From IMG/VR virus record IMGVR_UViG_3300033404_000002, positions 1 through 59,688 of that record: 59,688 bases of DNA; one strand, 5' to 3'. Below, in pieces: positions 19,353 through 29,080 of this stretch (positions within the stretch are counted from its first letter, which is position 1; each line of letters starts with the position of its first letter). A program made the position numbers and the translations under genes. Source of the DNA: a virus. Its lineage: Duplodnaviria > Caudoviricetes. Below the pieces are notes generated by a model. It saw nothing but the letters and a program-made list of their open reading frames with translations, did not search any database and had not been told where the DNA came from.

Positions 19353-19781
19353 TCATGGCGCAGCATAACCCTCGCGGTCGGGTTTGGGCACGATCGAGCC
19401 GCCGCCGAACAGGCGCAGGCCGGACCAGCGTGCGTAGCAGCGCGCACGGTAGAGCCAGCCCATGCCGAAGCGGGCCTGCCCTGCGAGCGCGAGCAGCAGC
19501 CGCCTGTGATGATCGTCTGCGAGCCGGCGTAGGTAGGACGCTTCCCACGGTGAAATCAGGTTTCGGTACTGCACAGAGCGCAGCACGTAATACCAGAAAT
19601 CATGAATCGGTGCGGGCAGATCCGACCACGCTACCGTGGTGACACCGATGACAACGCCGCAGATGCGATCGGTCGATAGGCTCGAGCCGTCGGAGCCGTG
19701 CCAGCCTGCGCCAATGGCGTCGTCCCACTCCTCGCGCGAGGGCGCACGGCCGCAGCGCACGCGGATTACACCCACGGTCAC
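19353..19781 (-). CDS. Hypothetical protein
   Basis: Co-oriented ORF in operon. Confidence 0.45.
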   Translation of the reverse strand: MTVGVIRVRCGRAPSREEWDDAIGAGWHGSDGSSLSTDRICGVVIGVTTVAWSDLPAPIHDFWYYVLRSVQYRNLISPWEASYLRRLADDHHRRLLLALAGQARFGMGWLYRARCYARWSGLRLFGGGSIVPKPDREGYAAP

Positions 19782-19790
19782 GGCGGGACG

Positions 19791-19997
19791 CTAGGGATTT
19801 TTGCGGCGCAGCCAGCTCATGAGCAGGCCGGGCAGCCCGGTAGCGAGCACTACGGCCGCTGTGACGATCTGCGGGTCGTAGTCGTTGTGTGCGGAGATCG
19901 CTGCGGCGAGCGTGGCGAGCGCGGCAATTGTGGCGCTCTCGCCCTCGACGCGGGCGTTACTCTGCTCGGCCTTCGGTGTTTGGCTGCGCGGCTGCAT
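19791..19997 (-). CDS. Small two-TM membrane protein (holin-like)
   Basis: Two hydrophobic segments, basic C-terminus, GGAGG RBS. Confidence 0.5.
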   Translation of the reverse strand: MQPRSQTPKAEQSNARVEGESATIAALATLAAAISAHNDYDPQIVTAAVVLATGLPGLLMSWLRRKNP

Positions 19998-20009
19998 GCG
20001 GGTGCCCTC

Positions 20010-20456
20010 CTAGAGCCATGTTTCGACGATGACGGGATCGTCCTCGGGTGAGCGCGGAAGCAAGACGAGCCCGGGCGGGATCGAGGCGCGCGCCAGCTGG
20101 ATCGTCTGCGTAAGCGCCCACGGTCTGATGTCGGCCAGTGGCGCGCGGACGCCCGGCACCACGCGCCAGCGGCGGACGACGTAGGCGTACTGCGGCCAGT
20201 CCTTGGGCCGCTGGTAGATCACGTAGTTCAGGAGCTCGGCCTGCGTGCTGTCCGCTTCCGGCGCGGCTGGCGGAGCGCTCCCGCACCCGGCGCAGCCCGC
20301 ATCGCCGGACGCATGCGACTCCTCGCACGTCCGCGGAGCGCCCTGGATCTGCTCGGCTGTACGTCCGCAGCGCACGCAGCGCAGATGCGGGAAGCACAGA
20401 TGATGCCGCTCGATCGCCACCTGCTCGAGCAGCGGGTCGGGAAGCGGCCGGCGCAT
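20010..20456 (-). CDS. Conserved phage hypothetical protein
   Basis: C-terminal IYQRPKDWP...RSPEDDPVIVETWL. Confidence 0.6.
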   Translation of the reverse strand: MRRPLPDPLLEQVAIERHHLCFPHLRCVRCGRTAEQIQGAPRTCEESHASGDAGCAGCGSAPPAAPEADSTQAELLNYVIYQRPKDWPQYAYVVRRWRVVPGVRAPLADIRPWALTQTIQLARASIPPGLVLLPRSPEDDPVIVETWL

Positions 20457-20659
20457 CAGCGTAATTTTCGGACCGCGCGCAGCACGCGCGCGAACTGCAC
20501 CGCGACGACGGACTGCCCGGCAAGGAACAGTCCTGCGGCTGTGAGCAGGCGCCCGTACGCGAGCGCCAGCAGGGCGAGCGACGCTGCGATGACGACTACG
20601 GGCAGGGCGAGCGCCCAGATCTCCCAGCGCAGCGCCTCCAGGCGCTCCTGGCGCGTCAT
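20456..20659 (-). CDS. Small membrane protein
   Basis: Two TM segments; translational coupling to neighbours. Confidence 0.55.
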   Translation of the reverse strand: MTRQERLEALRWEIWALALPVVVIAASLALLALAYGRLLTAAGLFLAGQSVVAVQFARVLRAVRKLR

Positions 20660-20964
20660 GGGTCCAGCTCCTGGCGTCCCCTCAGATCGTCCAGTGCCTT
20701 CAGATCGTCCAGTGCCTCGGCGTAGCCTTCACGCGCGGCGCGCTGAGCCTCTTTATGGGCCTGTACGAGCGCGACCCGCAGCCCGCGGCGCTCTGCGTCC
20801 AGATGCTCGATCAGTTCTGCGGCCGCATCGAGCAGCCCATCGAGGACGACCTCGCGGCCGGTGATGCGCTGCTGCAGCTCCCGCAGCTTTCGCGGCACAT
20901 CGGGCAGCACGGCCTCGAGCTGCCGCGCTCGCCGCAGCCTGGCGATCAAGCTGCTGTCACACAT
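20656..20964 (-). CDS. Hypothetical coiled-coil protein
   Basis: Coupled ORF; internal 18-bp tandem duplication. Confidence 0.5.
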   Translation of the reverse strand: MCDSSLIARLRRARQLEAVLPDVPRKLRELQQRITGREVVLDGLLDAAAELIEHLDAERRGLRVALVQAHKEAQRAAREGYAEALDDLKALDDLRGRQELDP

Positions 20965-21307
20965 CGCGCCAGACCTGCTCGCCGCGATAGAGCATGAGCG
21001 AGAAGCGTGCGCTCAAGTCGTCGGCGAGCAGCTCGCCGGGTGGTTGCCCATCGAATCCGTTGCGCCAGACGGGCGGAGTCGAATGCGAGTCTAAGTAGTA
21101 GTCGAGCAAACCCGCGTGCGGCGCCCGAAAGTACACGATCGCGACGGGATAGGGCTCCGTTTTGCGGGACATGCAAGAGATCCAGGTGGGATGCGCAGCC
21201 AATACCCACGGCCGATACTCGAGAAATTCCGGGCGGTTGCCCTCCGCTGGCATGCGGAAGTGTGCGAGCGCCGCGGCGAGCGTGGCGTGTGCGTAGTCCT
21301 CAGCCAT
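20957..21307 (-). CDS. Hypothetical protein
   Basis: Coupled ORF; ATG 21307. Confidence 0.5.
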   Translation of the reverse strand: MAEDYAHATLAAALAHFRMPAEGNRPEFLEYRPWVLAAHPTWISCMSRKTEPYPVAIVYFRAPHAGLLDYYLDSHSTPPVWRNGFDGQPPGELLADDLSARFSLMLYRGEQVWRDV

Positions 21308-22193
21308 CGGGCTCGGCCTTGCGCGCACGCACGATCTTCACGTCCGAGTAAAAGACTTTGAGCAACTCGGTGAGCTGATCCATCGTGCGCCGCTGATCGC
21401 TCGGATCGATTCCGCGCGCCTCGGCATACGTGCGCAGCAGCACCGTGCCGATCGTCAGCGGGAAGTCGTATTCCACGCCTTTTTCGACGATCTGGGATTT
21501 CAGTGCAGAGGCGCGCAGCAGAAACGCGGTGCCGAGCTGCCGCACTGCGGCCTGATCGTCCAGCAGATCCGCGTCGCCCAGCTCCAGCAGCCGGCGCTCC
21601 TCGTCGGTGATCCGCTCACTCACCGGCCGGCCCCGATGGCGCGCGCGGCTCGTCGTCGTCGTCCCGACTTTCGCTTCCCAAGCGGCACTCGAATTCGTGC
21701 TCAAACCACAGATAACCGTGGGGGTATCCCGTCTGCGGATCGATCGGGACGCCTCGAAAATTTCGTGCCAAATCCGCCAAATTTGACACATCCGCCGGAA
21801 ATTCGTTACTACCGGGGGTAGGTGTGCCGGCTCGGCCGGATCTCCGAAGCGTTCCCCCCGCTTCGGGGGCAGCTTCAAGGAGATTCGGCTTTCGGGTCGT
21901 GTCAATGCTTTCGCACTGCCTTTGCTGTGCCCTTCGCGGTCCCGACGCAGTGAGCTCCGAATGCTCGTGAGCCGCCGCTTTCGCTCCGCGCTCCGCCCTC
22001 GTTGCCCCGTGCTGCCCATGCCGGAGCGCCGCAGACTCGCGCTGCTCGCTTGCGTCGCACGCTCCCTCGCTGCGCTCGCTCGCGTCTCGCTCTCTTAAAT
22101 CCAAGGGCATCGGATCGCGGGCTGGAGCTGTCCGCTCGGCGTGCGGCTTCGCGCGAGCATACGGTGGAGCGTCATTGCGGCCATTCGCCTCGC

Positions 22194-22883
22194 TCATTCG
22201 CGGCCGCGCGAGCGCTTGAGCTGCTCAATCTTCTGCATGATGATGCTGCGCAGATCGGCCTGCACTTCGACGGGTCCACCATCGGGCCCGGAGAACTCCA
22301 CGCTCTTGATGTCCGCCTGACCGGCGTGATTTTTGCCGAGCCAAATGAGCAGCGCTGGATTGAGCTGCCGCGCGCTTTTGAGCTGCAGCTGCTTGACGTC
22401 GAGCTCGATCGCCGCGCGACCCGCATCGAACGCTTGCCGCACTGCGCCGCCCTCGGCGAGCCGCTGCTCGAAGAGGCTCTTCGAGACGTGCAGCAGCCGC
22501 GCGATCGAATGCTGCGTGATGCCCTGCGCCGCGAGCTCGTATACGTCGCTGGGGTCGAGCTCGATGCGCGGTTTCCCGCGCCACTCGCCGGGCGCTCTGG
22601 GCTCTAGGGTCCGCGCGGGTTTCGTGGAGCCCGGCCTGCGCTCGTGGAGCTTCTGGCTTGTGCCGCTGCCCTCTCCGGCGAGCAGGCGGGGAATCCACGG
22701 CTCGCTGTCCGGCGCTGCGGCCTCGGGTGGCTTCGCTGCGCTGCGTGAGGCACTGCGCGCTCTCGGGCGCTTCGGTCTGGGGGTCGCGGGCGGGTCGTCC
22801 TTGGGCGGCTCGCCGCCGCCGCCGCCGCTCTTTCGCGGATTCTTGCGTGCGGCCTTGCGCCTTGTAGGCTTTTCCTGAGCCAT
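22194..22883 (-). CDS. terS: Terminase small subunit-like HTH protein
   Basis: Basic disordered N-terminus, HTH (LAAQGITQHSIARLLHVSKSLF), ALLIWLGKNHAGQAD and EFSGPDGGPVEV motifs. Confidence 0.7.
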   Translation of the reverse strand: MAQEKPTRRKAARKNPRKSGGGGGEPPKDDPPATPRPKRPRARSASRSAAKPPEAAAPDSEPWIPRLLAGEGSGTSQKLHERRPGSTKPARTLEPRAPGEWRGKPRIELDPSDVYELAAQGITQHSIARLLHVSKSLFEQRLAEGGAVRQAFDAGRAAIELDVKQLQLKSARQLNPALLIWLGKNHAGQADIKSVEFSGPDGGPVEVQADLRSIIMQKIEQLKRSRGRE

Positions 22884-22892
22884 TTCGGGCAC

Positions 22893-22976
22893 TTATCCAC
22901 AAATCAGCTGTGTGCAGCTGCGTGCGCGATCTTCCCGACGATACCGACATAATGTCGATTTCATGAGAGTTGTCAA
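22893..22976 (-). promoter_or_regulatory. Putative late-operon promoter with operator palindrome and DnaA box
   Basis: TTGACA-16-CATTAT; CGACAT-N-ATGTCG palindrome at 22945-22957; TTATCCACA at 22893-22901. Confidence 0.5.
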
Positions 22977-23346
22977 GCATTTGCGTCGTTGTATTGCCCA
23001 TTGAGTAATCACTTTTCAATCACTCCCTGCGCAGCTTTTAGCAGCTCCACGCAGGTACGTCGATTCGCTTGTAAACTTTTCGTTCTGCGCTGAAATTTCT
23101 GCACGATCTGCGCGCCGATTCGGCGGATCGTGCCTCGCAGATGCGCGCTGCGTGCGGACGGGTGCGCGCCTCGATGCAGCGGCTCGGGCGGCTCGCACGG
23201 CTCGTCATCGTGCAGCGGATTCGGTCCGATCGGCCTGGCGTGGTCGCAGCGGTGCGTCCAGACGCCCAGGATCAGGAGCCAGCGCTGCGGCTCTGCGTGC
23301 CGGGAGCTCCCGCAGCGCGGGCAATCGGCGAGCATCGCAGCGGCGC

Positions 23347-23886
23347 TCATGCGCGCCCCTTGGGCCCGCGCCCGGCCGCATTCATCCACTCCCTCACCCG
23401 CTCGGGCATCGCTTCGCTCACCGGCGGCGCGGCGATCGGTGCCGGGTCGAGCTCGCGGCGCAGCAGCGGCCGGAACGTGAACACCCGCTCTTTACTGGGA
23501 TCACAGCCGATCTGATGCGCCAGATCGACGAGCGCGCCCAGCGCGCTGGTGCCGACCCCGTACGCCTCGCCCAGCACGTGATCGCTCCGCAGGGCGTACC
23601 ACTTCGCCGGCCGAACGATCACGGCGCCCGCCAGGTGCGCATAGATTCCGGCGTCATCATCATTGCAGCCCCATTTCTCGGCGAGCCTGAGCACCTGGTC
23701 CCAGTCGCAGCCCGCTACGCGCGCCTCGATGAGAACGTCCCAGGCGTTCATGCGATCTGCGAGGTCGATCGGCCACATCGCGCGCACGCACGTGCTCTCG
23801 CGCAGATCGAGCTCAGTGCCGGGCAGTTCGCGCTTGTAGATCAGCGACCCATTTTCGTGCAGGTAAAACCAGCCGCTACGAGCCAT
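23347..23886 (-). CDS. Conserved phage hypothetical protein
   Basis: GWFYLHENGSLIYKR N-terminal motif. Confidence 0.6.
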   Translation of the reverse strand: MARSGWFYLHENGSLIYKRELPGTELDLRESTCVRAMWPIDLADRMNAWDVLIEARVAGCDWDQVLRLAEKWGCNDDDAGIYAHLAGAVIVRPAKWYALRSDHVLGEAYGVGTSALGALVDLAHQIGCDPSKERVFTFRPLLRRELDPAPIAAPPVSEAMPERVREWMNAAGRGPKGRA

Positions 23887-24238
23887 CGGTGCGCCCTCGC
23901 GGATCGAACGGCGGCACAAGCGCCTCGCGCAGCGCGATGACCTTGCTGCAGCGCCCACACGCACGCGGCTCGCAGAGCCCGTAGTGGCACAGCTGATCCG
24001 TCAGGTCGGTTCCTAGCTCGGCAAACGGCCGCGCGGCTCCAACCAGCTGCTCATAACCGCGGATCTGCCGGAGCAGCTCCGATTCACGCTGGGTCTTGGC
24101 GCTGACCACCTGGAGATAGCTCGCGGTCGCATCGGCGAGCAGCATGACCTCGCGGGCCAGCGCCTCCGCGTCGTGCTGCAGGTCCGCGGTCGGCTCCAGG
24201 CCGCAGTGGCGCAGCGCCTGCTCAATGATTCCGGACAT
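23876..24238 (-). CDS. Hypothetical protein (C-terminal Cys cluster)
   Basis: Co-oriented ORF. Confidence 0.5.
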   Translation of the reverse strand: MSGIIEQALRHCGLEPTADLQHDAEALAREVMLLADATASYLQVVSAKTQRESELLRQIRGYEQLVGAARPFAELGTDLTDQLCHYGLCEPRACGRCSKVIALREALVPPFDPRGRTDGS

Positions 24239-24894
24239 TTTCCCGCCTTTCTTGCCCCCAACAAACCTCGACTGAACGTGAGGCGTTCAGTCGTTTAGCT
24301 GCGCTTAGGCTTCGCCCGCGGCCATCCGAACGGGCGCATCGCGGTGCGCAGCCGCAGCACCAGGCGACAGCGCGCGCACTCGTTCGCCGTGCTGATGCCG
24401 AGGTGACACTTGCGCCGCCGCAGGTCCTTGCCGAATTCGGCAAGCGGCTCCGCGGCCTCGAGCAGCGCGGTCACGCGCTCGGCAAATTCGAGCGGCTCGC
24501 GCGGCTCGCGCATCACCGCAGCATCCGGTCGAGCGTATCGCGGTGCAGCTCGTCGGCGATCGCCTCGGCCGCGCGATCGAACTCGGCGCGTGCGCGCGCG
24601 CTCTGCTCCCGCGGCTCGATGACCCTCTCATTCGCAAGCCGCCGTGCGACCCGGTCCGCGATCCTTGCGAACGTGTCCGCGTCCACCGTGATGGTTTTCA
24701 CCGCCGTGCGATCTCGAGCTCAACCGCCAGCTGGTAGAGCTGCCTGCGCAGCGCCAGCGGCGCCATCGGCATCGGCGCCACGCCGGGCATTACCCCTCGC
24801 GAGCGGCGCAGCTCGCGCTGGCGGGCGCTCTTGCACGGACGGCACCACGCACAGGACTGCACACGTCCGCGCACGCCGCAGCGCTTGCACGGCT

Positions 24895-25719
24895 TCATTT
24901 GAGTGCGCTCCGAATCGCTGCAGCGAGCGCTCTGCCCATCGCCTGCGGCACGCCGTTAGCGATCGCCTTGCGCTTGCCTTGGATCGTCAGCGGGCAGTGG
25001 TCCAGGAAGTCCTCGGGCAGACCCTGCAGCTCGAGCATTTGCCCCAGCGTGTATCGCGCCGGGCTACCCCTGTGTCCGCCCGTCACGCCGATTTCACCGG
25101 AGTGTCGGCCCGTCACGCTCTGCACCTTTGTGCGAGATTTCGGAAATTCACTAGGTGTGGATGCGTGCCCTGATCCCACTGCTGTGGACTTTACCTTTGC
25201 GCTGCCGCCGAGTATCGCCGGATTCTCAGGCAACTCGAAACACGCGAAGTCGATCCAGCGCCGCAAATCCACCGGCTCGCGATCTCGCAGCCCGAACCAG
25301 AAACGGCGTCTGCGGCGTTGCTCCTGAGGCAGCGAGTCCTCGCCCGTGAGCGAGGAATTATCGAGCAGGCAGCTGTGAACGCCGTATCCATCGATCTCCA
25401 GTGTCGGAGCGTGTGGGACGTTCTCGCGCAAGAACCAGCCGGGCTGTGCCTCTCGGATGATCCGCTCGAATTCAGGAGTCATATCCGGAAAACTCGGCTC
25501 CAGTCCTTTCGCCCGGACCAGATTCGATAGCCGGCTGTGCGACTGGCACGGATCCCCGCCGATCACGCCCGCAAATACTCCGCGCGGTGGCATGAAGGCT
25601 CGAACGTCGCCGCCCCAGATCACATCGGGCCCGCGCACCACGCAATAGCCGTGTGCCTCAAACGCCCGGTCAAGCAGCCCGAGCCCAGGGAAAATCGAGA
25701 GCACGAGCTCACCCGCCAT
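24895..25719 (-). CDS. DNA (cytosine-5)-methyltransferase, orphan
   Basis: Motif I SIFPGLG, IV GGDPCQ, VI ENVP, VIII QRRRR, X ANGVP. Confidence 0.9.
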   Translation of the reverse strand: MAGELVLSIFPGLGLLDRAFEAHGYCVVRGPDVIWGGDVRAFMPPRGVFAGVIGGDPCQSHSRLSNLVRAKGLEPSFPDMTPEFERIIREAQPGWFLRENVPHAPTLEIDGYGVHSCLLDNSSLTGEDSLPQEQRRRRRFWFGLRDREPVDLRRWIDFACFELPENPAILGGSAKVKSTAVGSGHASTPSEFPKSRTKVQSVTGRHSGEIGVTGGHRGSPARYTLGQMLELQGLPEDFLDHCPLTIQGKRKAIANGVPQAMGRALAAAIRSALK

Positions 25720-26329
25720 CGCCGCCGCCGCGCTCTCGCGTCGCTGCGTCGTCCAGCGTCTCGGCCGTTTGCATGGCAGCGTTGGCCGCCACGATCGCGT
25801 CCCACAGGGTGAGTTCGCGAATCTCGGGCAGAATCTTCGCACTGTACCCTCGCCACTCGACCGACCAGCACCCGGTTTCACCCTCACCGAGCACGAAAAA
25901 CGCCTTGACCGAGGACTCGCGCACGCAATCGAGCAAGCGGTCGCGCACGGCCATCTCACCGCGCAGCGCACCCGCCTCGTGTTCTGCCGCTGTTAGTTGA
26001 TTGCGCACTCGGTGGAGCTCGTCGGCCATCCGCGCGAAGGCAACGGCGCGGGCGTTGCCCGCACGCTGCAGCGCATCGATGCGCGCGTGCAGTAGGTGCT
26101 CCTCGGTCGCGAGCGCGTCCGCCTGCTCCGCGACGCGGCGATCCAGTCGCACAATCCTCGCCAGCTCCCGGTTCAGCTCAACGCGCGCCGCTTCGAGCGC
26201 GCCGAGCGCTGCGAGAAGCTGCGTGCGCATCCAGTCCGCACTGTCTGAGACGTATTCGCCTTGCTCCTGCAGCTCGGCCCAAAGCTCTACATCTTCCTCG
26301 CTCCACTCGAGCGGATTCGGTGCGCCCAT
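25709..26329 (-). CDS. Hypothetical coiled-coil protein
   Basis: Coupled ORF. Confidence 0.55.
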   Translation of the reverse strand: MGAPNPLEWSEEDVELWAELQEQGEYVSDSADWMRTQLLAALGALEAARVELNRELARIVRLDRRVAEQADALATEEHLLHARIDALQRAGNARAVAFARMADELHRVRNQLTAAEHEAGALRGEMAVRDRLLDCVRESSVKAFFVLGEGETGCWSVEWRGYSAKILPEIRELTLWDAIVAANAAMQTAETLDDAATRERGGGDGG

Positions 26330-26493
26330 CACAGCCCTGCGCCTTCGTGATACCGATGGCACGCGCCGCAGTAGCGGTGCTCGACGTCTGCCGGGTGGTA
26401 GGACAGCCGACTGCAGCGCAGGCACCAGATGAACAGACCCGCCGCACCGTTCCACCCGATGTAATACGTGGGCTCGCGCGCAGGCTGCGTCAT
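26329..26493 (-). CDS. Small zinc-finger protein
   Basis: CLRC...SYHPADVEHRYCGACH. Confidence 0.6.
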   Translation of the reverse strand: MTQPAREPTYYIGWNGAAGLFIWCLRCSRLSYHPADVEHRYCGACHRYHEGAGL

Positions 26494-26927
26494 CGACCCA
26501 AATCTCGTCGCCAGACGAACGGCATCGGTAACGTCTCGTGCACGCTCACCCACAGGTGGCGCATGTTCGCTACGTTGACCACGTCGCGCTGCCGCGGGTA
26601 GACCTCGACCGCATCGTGATCCGCATAGCCTGCCTCGGCTTTGAGCTGCTGCAGCTCGTCCCACGTGATGCGATCGCCCCAGCGCGCACCGTCCACAGCC
26701 AGAACGTTGCGGATCACGCTCAGCCGCACGACACCGTGCTCTGCGCCGAACTCCAGCATCAGGAAGCGGCGCGAGCGATACACGCGCACAGGCGGCACGC
26801 TCAGCTTCCAGTGCGGCCACGTCGCGGGATCGACGAGTTTGAGCTGCTCGGGCCACTGCGCATTTTCTTGCTCCAGATAGCTCCGCGCCTCGGCGAGCTC
26901 CTCGGACGTGAAACGCGAGAAGTCCAT
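26490..26927 (-). CDS. Conserved phage protein (DUF7694-like)
   Basis: ITWDELQQLK...AVEVYP...VVNVANMRHLW. Confidence 0.7.
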   Translation of the reverse strand: MDFSRFTSEELAEARSYLEQENAQWPEQLKLVDPATWPHWKLSVPPVRVYRSRRFLMLEFGAEHGVVRLSVIRNVLAVDGARWGDRITWDELQQLKAEAGYADHDAVEVYPRQRDVVNVANMRHLWVSVHETLPMPFVWRRDLGR

Positions 26928-26930
26928 CGC

Positions 26931-27383
26931 TCAGTGCTTCCCCTGATTCGCGAGCGCCTCATGGGCACACTCGGTCAGCTTCGCGGCGAGATCGAGCGCT
27001 TCTGCACCGTCCATGCCCAGATGCGCCACAGGCTTGCCGAATACCACTCGGACGGAGCGCCCATCGGCTCGCACTCCAAAGCGCAGCTCTCCCTCATCGG
27101 CCTCGTTTTCCTTGCCCTCGGGATAGACGCCCGTCGCGCCCAGACCGACGGGCGCTTCGAACTCATCGAGCGCCAGATGCAAAGCCTCGATCAGCGCTCT
27201 CGCGGAATATTCGGTGAGCCGCATCGAGAGCACCGGGCTCGAGAACGCGAGCACAGGCCCCAGCTTGTCGTGGCCGCAGATGATCCCGCACTGATCCTCT
27301 GCTAGCTGGCTGAAGTCGAACGGGGGCAAGCCGCCCGGGTCTACGTCTTCGACGATCCGCGTGCGGCGCTCGGTCCCTTTCAT
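26931..27383 (-). CDS. Conserved phage hypothetical protein
   Basis: GATGVYPEGK...DEGELRFGV...FGKPV motif. Confidence 0.6.
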   Translation of the reverse strand: MKGTERRTRIVEDVDPGGLPPFDFSQLAEDQCGIICGHDKLGPVLAFSSPVLSMRLTEYSARALIEALHLALDEFEAPVGLGATGVYPEGKENEADEGELRFGVRADGRSVRVVFGKPVAHLGMDGAEALDLAAKLTECAHEALANQGKH

Positions 27384-27628
27384 CGCGCACCCTCGTCTGC
27401 GCGGTCGAGCTCATCGGCCAACGCCACAAGCGCCGCGGCGAGCTCGCGCGCAGCCAGGCCGACGCGCGTGACGGCTTCCTCAAACTCGAATACGACCCGG
27501 CGATGCTCGATGCACAGGAAAACGCTCATCTGCGGATCGGCCACCGCGCGGCTCTCGCGCTGCGCGCTGCGGCGCAGCCGGCCGAGCGCGAGCGCTACGC
27601 AGTTCAACGGCCCAGCTCCGCGCCGGCG

Positions 27629-28072
27629 CTACCGCGCACTGCACTGCTCCGGAATGTCCGGACACAGCCGGCCAGAAGCGTTGCAGACGCACGCAATGCG
27701 CCCGCTCACGAGAGCCGGCGGCTCCAGGCACACGCACCGGCAGACCGCATCCGTGCAGCCCGCGCACAGCGAGTTGAAGCAGACACCCTGCAGGTTATCC
27801 ATCGCATCCCAGCAGGCATCCGTCTCGGTCAATCCCATGCCGGCCGAGCCCTCGCGCACGCCGTCGTCGTTCCGGAAATCCTCGCAGATCTGCGGGTCGA
27901 TCGGCGGATCGCGCGGGTCGTCAAAGCCCTCATCGAAGCACTCGTCATCCGGGAGCAGTGGGCCGATGAAATCGGGGTCACAGCCGAGCTGCGCGTGTGC
28001 GCTAGCCGGACCCCAGAAAAGCAGTACGAACGCGAACGCAAGCAGTGCGAGATATACGTAGGTGCGGACCAT
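27629..28072 (-). CDS. Secreted cysteine-rich protein
   Basis: Signal peptide ending ASAHA; numerous Cys; acidic. Confidence 0.6.
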   Translation of the reverse strand: MVRTYVYLALLAFAFVLLFWGPASAHAQLGCDPDFIGPLLPDDECFDEGFDDPRDPPIDPQICEDFRNDDGVREGSAGMGLTETDACWDAMDNLQGVCFNSLCAGCTDAVCRCVCLEPPALVSGRIACVCNASGRLCPDIPEQCSAR

Positions 28073-28073
28073 G

Positions 28074-28835
28074 TTAGCGGGCTCCTGCACGGCCCAGCGC
28101 ATCCTGCGCGGCCTTGCGTACGGGGTCGGATGAATCGGTGAGCAGCGTGCGCGCGATCGGCACCACGCCGTCATCGCGCACGTAGGCGAGCGCCTGCGCG
28201 ACGACCAGCCGCACGGCGGGAGAGGGATCCCTCGCGGCCTCGCTCAGGTACGGCAATGCCTTGGGGCTGCGCAGCCGCGAGAGATCGTTCGCAGCCCGAA
28301 AGCGCCGCTCCTCGTCGTACTGGGGCGCGATCTGCTGGCCGACCTGCTCCGCAATGCGCTCGCTCTCGCGCGCATCGCCGCGGCGCTCCAGCGCAGCCGC
28401 TGCGGCGAACATCCACATACGGTTGCCGGACTGCGCCCACTCGTAGAGCTGCGTCTCGACCGCGCCGCTCGGCTCATCGGCGAGCGAGAGAATCGCGGCG
28501 TAGGCTTGGCCCCAGTCGCCCGAGCGCGCGCGCGGACTCAGCGCGTCCAGCTGGCGCTGCACCGCCTCGATCTTTTGATCCGGCGCGAGTGCACTGGCGC
28601 TCGGGCGCCCCACTGCGGGCGCGGGCGCACTCGTGCCCGGTGCCCGCGCTACAGCGCCGCCGGGCACGGGCGTGGCGCTATTCGAGCCCTCGCCCTGTGG
28701 CTGCTCCGCAGCCGCTGCGCTGGGCCGCTCGGGCAGCGTGACGTGCGTGCGCTTGACCGTGCTCGCACCGAGCCCAAAGCCCAGCGCAGCCGTGCACAGA
28801 TAAGCGATCGGGTGAAACCATCGTGCTCTACTCAT
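28074..28835 (-). CDS. Membrane-anchored HEAT-repeat protein
   Basis: N-terminal TM, Pro/Ala linker, repeats DPSPAVRLVVAQAL and DSSDPVRKAAQDAL. Confidence 0.7.
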   Translation of the reverse strand: MSRARWFHPIAYLCTAALGFGLGASTVKRTHVTLPERPSAAAAEQPQGEGSNSATPVPGGAVARAPGTSAPAPAVGRPSASALAPDQKIEAVQRQLDALSPRARSGDWGQAYAAILSLADEPSGAVETQLYEWAQSGNRMWMFAAAAALERRGDARESERIAEQVGQQIAPQYDEERRFRAANDLSRLRSPKALPYLSEAARDPSPAVRLVVAQALAYVRDDGVVPIARTLLTDSSDPVRKAAQDALGRAGAR

Positions 28836-29080
28836 CGACAAAACTCCCGTGCAACCCCCGCAAAATCGGTCAATCGGCCGCAGCCCAAACCCACTAAATG
28901 CGCCCGAGCAGATCACTCGGGTCGATCTCCTCGACGAGCTCCGCGCATGCGCCGATCACGATGCGGTGCATTTCGCCATTGTGAGATTGCTCTGCGAACT
29001 CAAGCAGCCGGTTTACAGCTGCCTCCTGAAAGGCGCGCATGCCAGCCAGCATCGCCTCGTCACCGAAGCCGTCCGCGCGC

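Noticed and set aside
20683-20718. 18-bp tandem duplication (and a similar 27-bp one near 47315-47368)
   Set aside because: In-frame intragenic duplications with two copies only; no sign of a regulatory role
21960-22150. CGCT/TCGC-rich REP-like stretch downstream of terS
   Set aside because: No consistent repeat unit or convincing fold could be defined by eye; it may simply be low-complexity coding sequence of ORF 21616..22197
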